The position numbers were made by a program, and so were the translations under genes. Below, in pieces: positions 12,093 through 23,190 of a stretch of 64,000 bases of DNA; the stretch's first letter is position 1, and each line of letters begins with the position of its first letter. The notes beneath the pieces were generated by a model. The model searched no databases. It worked only from the letters and a program-made list of their open reading frames with translations, and was not told where the DNA came from. This stretch comes from Hamiltosporidium tvaerminnensis FI-OER-3-3 (taxonomy: Eukaryota > Fungi > Microsporidia), in contig JAKIMF020000013.1 of assembly GCA_022605425.2 (NCBI GenBank), forward strand, positions 434,001 through 498,000. The letters are read 5' to 3'.

Positions 12093-15000
12093 TTAATTTT
12101 TAAAAAAAATATAAATAGAAATCCAAAACGAAATAAAGAACAGTGTTGAAACAATAAAAATTAAATAAATTTTGAATGCTTTCTTTTGTGCCCTCAATTT
12201 ATTTCTTTCGTGTTGATTCTTTTTATACTTTTCGATTTTTTTATACTTTTCTATATTTTTACTATCAAAATAAAATTTAAGATCAGAAATTTTTTCGGAA
12301 GTTTTTGATTTTTTAGAAGTAGTAGCTGCACTTGATGTGCTCGAATTACTACTTAAAAGAGTATTTGGGTTTACAGCTTTATTTGTTGATAGCTTTTTAT
12401 TAACTGTATTTCTTATTTTCATTCTTTTCATTACTTTCATTCTTTTTATCTGTTTTTCTTTTCTTATTTTATTTAAAAGCTGTCTTCTTTGTGGTATAAT
12501 ATCGGAACCATTTTTACTTACATTAGACTTTTGCGTATTTTTTCGTAAAAATTTATTTTTACTATTTAACAGAGGCAGAGAATCAGCTGATAAAATACTG
12601 ATAGATAAATTGTTGGTAGAAGTAGAAGGAAGAGAATCATTTGACTTTACTTGTGTATTACCGGTTATATTTGAGTCAGCGGGGGTAGGAGAATGAATAG
12701 GTGTATCATTTTTTTTAAATACTGTGTATGTGGTATTGAGATGCAAATTTTTTTTGGGTTTCAATTTTGGTCTTTTCGAAATTTTTTGTTTGGGTTCCAA
12801 ACTTGTTGAAGCTGGATTTTCTTTTGATTCGGATGTTTTGACTTTAAAAAATCCATAGTTGTATGGTAATGGTGTTTTAAAAGTGAATTCATTTGGATTT
12901 TCAAAAATTGATGGTAAATTTTTTCTCTTGGAATGGAATTCTTTTTGAAGTGAAATATTGTTTTCGGTTGAAATTGGTGTACTTGTTCTAGGATAAAAAG
13001 CATCATTATTGATTTCTGATGAGATTGTTTGATCTGCGTTAAATGATCTAGGCGTTACAAAAATCTCTTCTGGATTGTTTAAAGAGTTATAATCAGTCAT
13101 TTCTGTTGAATTATTCATATGAATTGTATTATCATTTGTCGAATCGAATGACTTAGAATTTCCCTGAATTATAAAAACATCATCGATTTCACGAATATCA
13201 GAAGTTGAATCTACTCTTGAAAAATTAGACAATGTTTTAACTTGATCGTTTCCTCCACACCTCGATTCATTATTGGATTCATTTAGGCTTTGAAATTCCA
13301 TAGAATTAGATGATCTGCTTAAAGTTAATAACCTTTCAAAATTTCTTTCTTCAGTTAAATTGGAATAATCTTGGCAAAATGAATCTTTAGAATTATTTGG
13401 AAAAGGTTCTTCGGTATTATAATCACTCGTAGAATCTAGACCTGGATCGCTTGAACTTCTGGAATTTATTATGATGCCCGTATCATATTTATCACAAACG
13501 ATATCGACCGATGTTTGTTCGGGTTCGTAACTATAAGATATAGAACTTCCGAATGGATCAAAATCCAAAGAAGACTTACTGTCAATGGGGTTTGATTTAT
13601 TGAGTGGCACATGTTGTTCCAAGCGTGTTTGGCTATCAGAATTTTGTATTAAACGAAAAAAAATCGGTATTAAAATATCATTTGATGTTTCATTTGAAGC
13701 GCCAGATAATACACTCAGCATTGCAGCAATTTCCGAATTTGATAGAACAAAATTTTCTCCTTCATTTGTAGAATTAAAAAAATCCATGTTCGTTCTATCT
13801 ACTCTAGCATAATCAAATTTATATTTCAAACATATTTTTTTTAACAAAAATTCTTTACAGTTTTTAACAAACAAAATATTTTTTTCTGATATATCCAGAA
13901 TTTCAAGCTCATTATTTATATCTAATATTATATTTTGAATATTAAATTGCGATGTAGCTCTTATAAACCAAACAGAATCTTCAGAAAAACACTCAACATC
14001 CGAAAAAATATTTCTCATATATCTCATAAAATTATAAATTTTGAGGAATGTTGATTCTTTAACATACTCATCTATTCCTTTCTCAATTATATTAAGTTCA
14101 GCCATGATTTTGATTTTATAATTATTTTCATCAACAAAATTTGTCGCAGCAGAATCTTGATTGTTTGAACGTATTGTACTAGTATCATCTTCTTTATCCT
14201 CATTTGAATCATCATTAAAATCTTTATCGGAATTTTTTTTAGTTGATACACTTATTTCGTATTCAAATAAATATTTGGTTTCATAAACTTTATATTCTTT
14301 ACACTTTAAAGATATTTTTAAAATATCCATGTTTTCTTCCTCGATGTTTGCCTCAGAATGCATCAGATTGTTATTTTCTTCTCCTACTGTGTTTCTATTT
14401 ATATCGGATACTGGATTGTTGCGGAGTAATAGAGTGGTGGGTACGCTTTTAAATTCTAGCGAAAATAATATCTTTCTTTCTTCTTCAAGTCGATCGCTGA
14501 ATTTATTTTTTCTTAAAAGTATTTTACTTTTATAAACGATATTAGAAAGTGAATCGCTTTCTGAATTAGAATTTTTGATTACACAATATTCGGTTGAACT
14601 TTTTTCTGCTGTTTTTCGATTTTTCTCGACAGGTTCTTTCAATTTGGTTCTGGATTCTATATCTGAATTATTAGAAAGTATATTATCAAACAGTGGGTTA
14701 AAATGTGGAGCAAATCCACTATATTCGCTTATATTTAAGAAACTATCATTTTTATGGCTTTCAGAACATGAACCCGAATTTGATACATATCCCGATTCAT
14801 TATAATATGCCCGGTGCTGGATATCTTCATTTTTTTTAACATTTCCCATTGTTTGATTCAAATTTGTACACCCCGAAAATTCAGACTCGTAATCTTTATC
14901 AATGTTTTGTAGAGGCGTAGAACATTTACGATTAGACAATAAACTTTGAATTGTTGTATCCGATGAGCTTTCAGTTAAATCAGAAAAATTATTTTCAACG

Positions 15001-16721
15001 TAATTATGCCCAAATGAAGTTGATGGAATCGATTGAAGAGTATAAATTTCTTGCAATTCTAAAAATTTCCATAAAACTTTTTCAATGAATTCATAATATC
15101 TTAATTTCATGGCGTAATTCACGTCTGAATCTTTTTTTAAAAATTTTTGTCTCGAAATTTCCAAGAATAAATTTTTAATTTCGTGAATACTTTGTATATC
15201 GTTGATATTTACAACTTGAAAAAAGAAGATCAATAAAGAGATTTGTTCATTGTTTATACAATCCATAGAACCATTCAGATTATATAAATTCTTCAAAAGT
15301 TTGATACAAGTGAGAAATCTATTGTGTGTTCTAAATACCAAATCATGGTTTTTTGTTTCCATCATTATTTTTCCATATTCTAAAAGAACATCCAAATATT
15401 TTAAAGAATGAGAATATTGCAATTCTTTTCTGCAATTTTCATAAATTTGATAAGAATTACATAAGAAAGATTTTATAATCATATAAGAATTGATAATCTC
15501 TTTTGGGAGAGTATCAATTTGCTCAATTAAAACCATAAATTCTTGCTTTTTTATTAAATCGCTTAATATTATATTTGCTTTAAGAAATATTCTTTCAAAT
15601 TCTAAAAATTCCGAATTTTCAATTCTCTTCAAATATCTATTTTCTACTGCTGCTTCATTATTATTAAATTCGGTTGCTTCCGTTACAGAAGTTTTCGCTG
15701 TAGAATGCAAAATTTCAATCTTTAGAATTTCATCATAGATTTTTATCAATAATATTTTTAATGTATCTAAGAAGTCGACATTATATGATTCCTGTATATT
15801 ATACGCTTCATTCAAAATACCAAAGGTTAATCTCTCTTCATTTGGGAGCAAAATATCTGCGCCAAAAAATGTAAAAAATACTGAATTTACTGATATAGAA
15901 GTGCCAAAAATACCACATGGCATGCCTCTTTGCTCATCATATAACCAATTTCGAAGTAATTCTAAAATGTTATTACCATTAATTTTATTTTTTACGATGG
16001 AATCTATTTTATATTCGGAAAATATTTGGTCAAAATTTTGCTTTTTAAACATATTTATTCTTTCATTTCCTTCAATAGCAATTAAAAGATAAAATATCGA
16101 ATCATGGATTGCGTCAAATAAATTCTTTTTCAAGATTCCCGAAACAACTTCGTTCTTCAAAATTAATTGATTCGATTTCAAAAATAACCACAATACAGCC
16201 TTCTTGCTATTTATATTTACAAAATAAAGATCTTCTACTATGTTTATTTCAAAATTATAATTCTCTAAAAAAAATTTATATTCTAAAAAACAAACTTCAA
16301 TTTCTAAAAATTTTTCAAAATCTAAGATTAAATTTCCTTGCGTATCATAAAATTCTAAATCATCTCTTAAATTTCCATCAATATCAATAAAATTTTGAAG
16401 ATAATAAATTCTCAAAATTAACGATAATAAAAATACATTTTTAGAATTACAATCTATTCTATTTCTTATAAATACACAACGAATAATCGAAAAATACATA
16501 AATTCATGTTTCTTATCTACAAAATCAAGCATCTTAAAAACACCTTCAGTCTGTAAATTACAATTTAAGGAAATAGAAGTATTAAAACTATTGAACCTAT
16601 CCATATAATCTTCATCGTTATATATTTCCAAGGGAAAATATATTTTTTCCGGATTATTCATACACAATCCCATAAATCGCAAAGGAATACAAAAAACATA
16701 AAAAATCAGTTTTCGTTTCAT
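12093..16721 (-). CDS. Large lineage-specific protein (1542 aa): N-terminal signal, S/N-rich disordered region, polybasic segment, C-terminal TM helix
   Basis: 4.6-kb uninterrupted ORF; MKRKLIFYVFCIPL start; IYLIFIVSTLFFISFWISIYIFF tail; no domain recognised. Confidence 0.85.
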   Translation of the reverse strand: MKRKLIFYVFCIPLRFMGLCMNNPEKIYFPLEIYNDEDYMDRFNSFNTSISLNCNLQTEGVFKMLDFVDKKHEFMYFSIIRCVFIRNRIDCNSKNVFLLSLILRIYYLQNFIDIDGNLRDDLEFYDTQGNLILDFEKFLEIEVCFLEYKFFLENYNFEINIVEDLYFVNINSKKAVLWLFLKSNQLILKNEVVSGILKKNLFDAIHDSIFYLLIAIEGNERINMFKKQNFDQIFSEYKIDSIVKNKINGNNILELLRNWLYDEQRGMPCGIFGTSISVNSVFFTFFGADILLPNEERLTFGILNEAYNIQESYNVDFLDTLKILLIKIYDEILKIEILHSTAKTSVTEATEFNNNEAAVENRYLKRIENSEFLEFERIFLKANIILSDLIKKQEFMVLIEQIDTLPKEIINSYMIIKSFLCNSYQIYENCRKELQYSHSLKYLDVLLEYGKIMMETKNHDLVFRTHNRFLTCIKLLKNLYNLNGSMDCINNEQISLLIFFFQVVNINDIQSIHEIKNLFLEISRQKFLKKDSDVNYAMKLRYYEFIEKVLWKFLELQEIYTLQSIPSTSFGHNYVENNFSDLTESSSDTTIQSLLSNRKCSTPLQNIDKDYESEFSGCTNLNQTMGNVKKNEDIQHRAYYNESGYVSNSGSCSESHKNDSFLNISEYSGFAPHFNPLFDNILSNNSDIESRTKLKEPVEKNRKTAEKSSTEYCVIKNSNSESDSLSNIVYKSKILLRKNKFSDRLEEERKILFSLEFKSVPTTLLLRNNPVSDINRNTVGEENNNLMHSEANIEEENMDILKISLKCKEYKVYETKYLFEYEISVSTKKNSDKDFNDDSNEDKEDDTSTIRSNNQDSAATNFVDENNYKIKIMAELNIIEKGIDEYVKESTFLKIYNFMRYMRNIFSDVECFSEDSVWFIRATSQFNIQNIILDINNELEILDISEKNILFVKNCKEFLLKKICLKYKFDYARVDRTNMDFFNSTNEGENFVLSNSEIAAMLSVLSGASNETSNDILIPIFFRLIQNSDSQTRLEQHVPLNKSNPIDSKSSLDFDPFGSSISYSYEPEQTSVDIVCDKYDTGIIINSRSSSDPGLDSTSDYNTEEPFPNNSKDSFCQDYSNLTEERNFERLLTLSRSSNSMEFQSLNESNNESRCGGNDQVKTLSNFSRVDSTSDIREIDDVFIIQGNSKSFDSTNDNTIHMNNSTEMTDYNSLNNPEEIFVTPRSFNADQTISSEINNDAFYPRTSTPISTENNISLQKEFHSKRKNLPSIFENPNEFTFKTPLPYNYGFFKVKTSESKENPASTSLEPKQKISKRPKLKPKKNLHLNTTYTVFKKNDTPIHSPTPADSNITGNTQVKSNDSLPSTSTNNLSISILSADSLPLLNSKNKFLRKNTQKSNVSKNGSDIIPQRRQLLNKIRKEKQIKRMKVMKRMKIRNTVNKKLSTNKAVNPNTLLSSNSSTSSAATTSKKSKTSEKISDLKFYFDSKNIEKYKKIEKYKKNQHERNKLRAQKKAFKIYLIFIVSTLFFISFWISIYIFFKN

Positions 16722-17155
16722 GGATTCAAAAGAAATTTTATATTTATATTGTCAAAATATTAAATGATCAGTATGTTCTTAAGTAGTAAATTATATTTAC
16801 TGTTGCGTTAAAAATCTACAAATTAAAAATTATTTAAATTTAGAAATCCATACTTCCTTTTTTAGTAAATTTGCGTTTAATTTATCAAATTATATTTTTG
16901 GTAAATTTAATTATTTTTAGATCGTAAAAAATTAAACTTAAATTGTTTTTTTTACTTTTAAATTTCATTTTATTTAATTCAAGCTTAAATCTTAATTTTA
17001 AGTTTTTTTTTAGGATTTTTTTTAGTTTTAAATATATTTTTTTGTATTTATGATTTAAACATTTAGAGCGGAAATATTTAAATTTGAAATTTATGATTTT
17101 AATCAAAATTTTATCAGTTGCATCAAAAATTTCTTCAAATTTCAAACAATGCAAT

Positions 17156-17259
17156 ATAAAGAAATAAAGAAATAAGAAATAATGAAATAATGAAATAAAG
17201 AAATAAATAAAAAAATAAAGAAATAAAGAAATAAATAAAGAAATAAAGAAATAAAGAAA

Positions 17260-17294
<35 letters not shown>

Positions 17295-17744
17295 AGAAAT
17301 AAAGAAATAAAGAAATAAATAAATAAATAAATAAAGAAATAAAGAAAGTATTTTTATTTAATAAAATTCTGGGTTAAAATATTTTTTACCATTTTTTACA
17401 TGTTTTCTTCTACCTCTTTAACCACTTTTGTCTCTTCTTCCAAATCCGACTCTTCATTTATGTTATTGGTCGGTTCCTCTAAAGTGGTTCCTCCTAAGAA
17501 ATAAAGAAATAAAGAAATAAAGAAATAAAGAAATAAAGAAATAAAGAAATAAAGAAATAAAGAAATAAAGAAATAAAGAAATAAAGAAATAAAGAAATAA
17601 ATAAAAAAATAAAGAAATAAATAAAAAAATAAAGAAATAAATAAAAAAATAAAGAAATAAATAAAGAATAAATAAAAAAATAAAGAAATAAATAAAAAAA
17701 TAAAGAAATAAATAAAAAAATAAAGAAATAAAGAATAAATAAAA
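17156..17744 (+). repeat. (AAATAAAG)n/(AAAT)n microsatellite array interrupted by a LINE fragment
   Basis: Direct inspection. Confidence 0.95.
17351..17495 (-). mobile_element. ~145-bp 3'-terminal fragment of the RLE LINE
   Basis: Near-identical to the reverse complement of 59820-59950. Confidence 0.9.
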
Positions 17745-18323
17745 TGTAGTTTTATAAAAAAAAATGTATTTTTAAGTTGAAGTAATTTAATTTGTAATTT
17801 TGATTAAAAATATAGTGAAATAACATATTTTTTATCTGATAAAAATATAAGATTTTTTTTCTAAAATAAACTGTTGTATAATAACTTATTACGTTTAATA
17901 TTCTGTATACTTCTTCTTCTTATAATTTTAAATATATAAAAATAAAAAAATAAATCGGTTTTTAAAACCTTAAATGATCAATCTCATATATTTTTTGATA
18001 AAAAAATATTTAAGAATAAGCACTATATTCTTTGAAGTATTTTTTTAAAAGCTAGTTCTTTTACCTAAGGATGTAACACAATTCAACGATGAATCATAGA
18101 TTTTGCAAGTTATAAGCGTTTTAAAGATAATTTTATTTTGATTCTTAGAAGTATTTACGTACTTTAAATAAATAAAAATAACTGTCTCAATATTTAATCA
18201 GAATAAATTATTAAATTTTTCTATTTTTAGAAACCAATTTGCTTTTGAAAAAGATGTCTATTTTTTTAAAAAACAATATTTACTAAATTAGAACAAATAT
18301 TTATTGAGTTATTTGATTTTTAA

Positions 18324-18675
18324 TGAAGAGAGGGAATTATCTGATTAAATACTCTTTGCAGGAATGAGTATATAAACTAAGAATGAAAATCTGGTGAAGA
18401 GAGGGAATTATCTCATTAAATATTATTTGCATGGTAATGTGTATATAAACTAAGAATGAAAATCTGGTGAAGAGAGGGAATTATCTCATTAAATATTATT
18501 TGCATGGTAATGTGTATATAAACTAAGAATGAAAAGCTGGTGAAGAGAGGGAATTATCTCATTAAATATTATTTGCATGGTACTGTGTACATAAACTAAG
18601 AATGAAAAGCTGGTGAAGAGAGGGAAATATCTCATTAAATATTATTTGCATGGTAATGTGTATATAAACTAAGAA
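18324..18675. repeat. 73-bp minisatellite, ~4.9 units
   Basis: Units start TGAAGAGAGGGAA at 18324, 18395, 18468, 18541 and 18614; no unique spacers. Confidence 0.95.
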
Positions 18676-18684
18676 AAAAAATCG

Positions 18685-19095
18685 TTTTGGATTTTTTTCC
18701 TGGGAGTACACCGAACCACTCTTTTCGCAGATTTATATTAATTTGTATATGGAATAGAAGTTACAAAGGTTCTAAAAATTTTTGTAAAAGCTTACTTTGT
18801 AGTTTTTTATGTAATTAGATCGTAAACCAAACCGAATCTATAAATAATTACCATTTAAAAGAATGGAAATCTACTCTTGCTCACTCGAATTAGAAGACTT
18901 ATCGCTTGGATGAACAAAAATAAACCTCTTTTAAAAAATCCAAGAATTCTGAGTAGCAGGTTTTATCTTTAGGTTTTATATTTTAATACCCGAGTAGATC
19001 TGTGTAAGTCGCCGAAAATATCTTAGTTGGAAGTTTATTAAATTCAGAAGGGTAAGGTAAATAAAAAATTTGACAGTTTTGGCTGCCCAAGGTAA
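18685..19095 (+). mobile_element. Old, degenerate internal fragment of family A
   Basis: TTTGTAGTTTTTTATGTAA, TTGCTCACTCG, TTAGAAGACTTA and GTAGCAGG motifs in the correct order. Confidence 0.7.
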
Positions 19096-19330
19096 GCTTA
19101 AATTTGCTTCAAAAATAATAAACATATAGTTACGAATTCAAATAGAATTATTTCCTATTAAATGACTCAATTTCTTTTAAGTTAAATTTCTGTAATATGG
19201 ATATCTAAAGAATACCGAAGAAATACTTAGACAGAAGTTTTCTCTTTTTAATCTCGAAATGAGTTAAAATGAATAAAAATAATAAAACAAATTCCGCTTT
19301 TTAAATTAATAGTATTTTTTTTAAAAATGT

Positions 19331-20055
19331 TGTGAAGGGAGGATAACCTCATAAAAAACTTTCTGCTTGGCAATGAGTGTGTGAAAATGGTCTGAAGTCA
19401 TTGTCTGGATTTTTGGTGGGAATAAAACCATACTACATCTTTGGTTGTTCCATGGGAGTTGTTATGAAGGGGAGAGGTCTAAGAAAAGGAGAAACTTTTT
19501 CTACAAATTTATTTGTAGTTTTTTACGTAACCAGATTGCAGACCGCAGCTGAACATGTAGGTAATTGCCATGTAAAAGCATGGAAACCTAGCCTTGCTTA
19601 CTCGGGTTAGAAGACTTAGCGCCTGGCAGATACAAAACAAAAAACCATTAAAAGCCAGGAAAACTAAGTAGCAGGTTATACCTGTGGTATGACATTGCAC
19701 TGTCTAGGTGGACCCATGTAAATCTCTGAAATATATCTTAGCTAGAAGTTTATTGGGTTCAAAAAGTGTAGAGTAAGTGGGAATGCTGCATAGTCTTGGG
19801 GGAGCCTAGGGGGGCTTCGGCCTTCGATCACACTCCATGCAACGGACATTAACGAACTCCGGGGAACTGCCTCGCCTATTAATTAGGTTCTACACACCTG
19901 GTAGATGAAAGGCTTTGGGACGTAGGTATCGCAGGGGTTACCGATGGAGTGTTGGATAGCAGTTATTTATGTTAAACCTAGAACTGCGTTAATGTCATAA
20001 AAACAAATATAACACTCGCCACTGTTTTAAAAAAGATGTGATACTTTTAAATAAA
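19331..20055 (+). mobile_element. Family A retroposon, full length
   Basis: High identity to 5867-6597; abuts the LINE 3' end tail-to-tail. Confidence 0.9.
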
Positions 20056-21651
20056 TTATATTTTTTCCCATTTTTATATGTTTTCTTCTACCTCTTTGAC
20101 TAATTTTGTCTCTTCTTCCAAATCCGACTCTTCATTTATGTTATTGGTTGGCTCCTCTAAAGTGGTTCCTCCTTGATAAATAAGGGGTATAATATTTTGA
20201 TTTATTTTTTATTTTAAAACAATCTTCTTCTATACTCGCTTGTTTTAAAGGAGGTGTTGGTTCCTCATGCATCTCTGCTCTCATGATAACACCCATTGAC
20301 GCTCTCTCCCAGCTCTCTTCGGCATTGAGTCCTGACTCAAGTCCTCTTCGTCGATCAAAGAAAATTATTTCGACCGTCTTCTTAAGTACTCAGAGTGAAT
20401 GTATGCCTCTATATTCATGGGTATTTCTAGTCTTTTAGGATGAGATTTATAGTATTTATTGACAATACTGTTCCAAGTCATCTCATAAAGGGTTATCTCA
20501 ACACTAAATTATACATAAAACCTAACAAATTGACGAACAGTTCTTATTTCCTAGTTTTTCAGTTTTAACTATTTGAAATGAATCTTGAGAAATGATTCCT
20601 ACTTCAATGAGTGTTATCTTCTTCTTCTTCTTATCTAAAATAAATATGTCGGGTCTGTTATTCCGAATTTCAACATCAGTTTTTATTCCGGTGTTCACTC
20701 TTATCTCTGCATACTCATTATCAAGAATTTCTTGAACTGAATGACTCCTAATTCGTTTTGAAGACTTAAACTTATATCTATTTAGAAGAAGTAGGTGTAG
20801 GCATCTAACCACTTCATTATGCCGTCTGGTGTAATCATAGCCTAGCTTTTTTTCACATCTAGTTGCTAGATGATCTACAGTCTTACCAGACTTCCCGCAA
20901 TATTGACACATACCATCTGCTCCCCAGAATACATTTCTATCATGGATATAGCAGAACACAGCTTCGTTTCGTGGCCTAATATTTCCTCTCTTTAACCATC
21001 TTGAAGAGTCACTAACACTCACAAGCTCATTTTTTCTTGCATTATATAACTTTGAATGAAGTTTTCGTTTTTCTATTTCGTTATATAGTTTTGCAAGTTG
21101 AGCTTCTTCTAAACTTTTCTTAGTGACTTCTTCTACCAACCTGTACTTTACTTTTAAGAAGCCTTTTATAGTGCAAGATGGGTTTTATTATTATTCTCCA
21201 CTTTGAGGATTGCTGCTCGTTTAATTGATATTTCTTTACTTTTTTCCAAACAATCCAAGAGTTGCAGAAGCATATGTTCGCTTCGCAGCTCAACACTATG
21301 TAGGCCTCTTTTAAGTTCTGTTCTAGGAAGATACAAACGCGCTTTACATCCTGGGCGGAGATGTATCTAATTCTTCACCAAAACCACACGCCCTGCATCA
21401 TCTAACTTAGAGAAGTCAGCCGGTTCAACTCGAAGTACTCCTATGTGGTAGTTGATTAACGATATCGCATGTTTATTGATTGCAGAAAATAAATTTTTTG
21501 CGTTTAATCTAGTATGACAAAGTCTTTCAACTCTTGGTATCAGTTTGCGTTGTACTTCTTCAAATGAGTTACGTGTTGGAATTTCTCTGCTATCTTCTAT
21601 TATTCCTAAATATTTGTAAACACTAACACCTTCTAGAAGAGTAGCAGTATC
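20056..21651 (-). mobile_element. 5'-truncated, defective RLE non-LTR retrotransposon (R4/Dong-like)
   Basis: YKYLG (RT end), CxxC-H-C knuckle CQYCGKSGKTVDHLATRC, RHN and RPD motifs; stops and frameshifts. Confidence 0.9.
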
Positions 21652-21900
21652 CATGCTTTTGAATGGGAATTATCTATAAATCAACTGCGGTATTCGATCT
21701 AGTAGCATAAAAAAAAGAAAATAAATTTTAGAAAAAGTTCCGCTATTCATAGACCTTCTCCTTCTCATACAAATTCTATGGATGACGGGAAATCTATTGT
21801 AGTTTTATACCCACCAAAAATCCAAAAAATGATCTTAATACCAATTTCACAGAATCATTGCCAAAAAGATGATTTTTTATGTGGTTATCCTCCCTCCACA
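21650..21900 (-). mobile_element. 5' third of a diverged family A copy, joined directly to the LINE
   Basis: Head TGTGGAGGGAGGATAACCAC at 21900; homology runs to AAAAGCATGGA at ~21650. Confidence 0.8.
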
Positions 21901-21914
21901 ATTATTGGCTTCAT

Positions 21915-23190
21915 AAAATTTAATTTATCAAATTAAAACCAAATTAAAATTTCTTTTATAAAAGTTGCTTTCTACATTATAAACATTTATAAACTTGAAA
22001 TACAACTTTGTGTAGAATCAGTTCTATTTCCAAATTTTGTACCAATTTATTAAGAGAATAAGTAATTTTAATCTAGAACAATACAATTCACAACCAATTT
22101 CATTAAAGACATTGTTTTTATTGATATCATCTTCCATAAACAGACCTAAGAATATCATAGAATAGTCTGAATAAACAAATTTTCCTAATCCGGAAACAAA
22201 TTGTTTCAAAAAAAAAGTATTTATAGAGCGAAAAAACCCAGAAATTATGAAAAATTCAGAAGCAATATCTTCTTCTGAGATAGCGGAATGAGAAAATGGA
22301 AACGATGCTTATTAGATAGGTCTGTGCATCGGTATAAAAATTATTATAGAGAAATAAAGGATAAATGTGGGGAGGGGGGTTTAGATTTAATGAAAACTCA
22401 TTGGAACCGAAGTAAGAGAAGAAAATGAAAATAGTATATCTGTGCAGAACAACAGAAATTATGTTTTCTATTCGAAGTAGAAATGAAAATGGAGGAATGG
22501 TGATAAATCGAAGGATTCGGTCTTATGGTTAAGCTAAAAATTTATCTGAAAAATCGAAGACCTTTTGAGAACGAAAAAATGTTTATTATTGTGCACTGTC
22601 AGAAATAGAAAAAAAATGTAATGTAGGAAATAAAATTCGAAGAATATAGAAACAAAATTCATAAAGTTAGAAGTTAGAACTTATGATGTTTTTAAACTAT
22701 AGAAAAAAAGAAACTTCAAAAGAAGAATTTCGAAACAAAAATCAACCCCCCTCCCCACCAAAGAAATCTTGATCAGAAATAACAAAGAAAAATAAAATTT
22801 GTTGTCATATACGAAATTTATGATTCGAAATAAAAAAGAATAAGACTTTAAGAGAGATAAAAATATTGATAACCAATGAAGCCGAAATTTTTACTAAATA
22901 AACGAAACAAATAAAATTGAAAATTTGAAAGACTTTGATAGATAAATTTGTATGTTCTATCTGGAATGGATTTATTAAAACAAAAAAGAATTTCAAAATA
23001 TGCTTTACGATAGATAAAAGGATTATAGTCAGCTAAAAATATTTTTAAAATATAATAAAATTGTACATAATGCTCAATCTATAAGAAATCTATCGAATGG
23101 TATGCAAAAGAACAAATCTAAGGGAATGAAACATTTTAAACTTTATTTAAATACGAAAATACCAAGATTAAGCAATACCTTTGAAAGATA
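21915..23190. repeat. ~1.25-kb dispersed repeat (family C), copy 1
   Basis: 21968-22545 nearly identical to 31252-31830; flanks align more loosely. Confidence 0.8.

Noticed and set aside
12337-17154. Antisense and overlapping ORFs in the 1542-aa gene, and the 16885-17154 ORF
   Set aside because: Shadow ORFs or low-complexity AT-biased translations with non-ATG starts.
18324-18675. CRISPR array
   Set aside because: Whole units repeat with no unique spacers; no cas genes; eukaryotic context.
21367-21369. TAG/TGA reassignment or readthrough suggested by shared in-frame stops
   Set aside because: The homologous codon is AAG at 58621, and frameshifts are shared too; inherited lesions explain it more simply.
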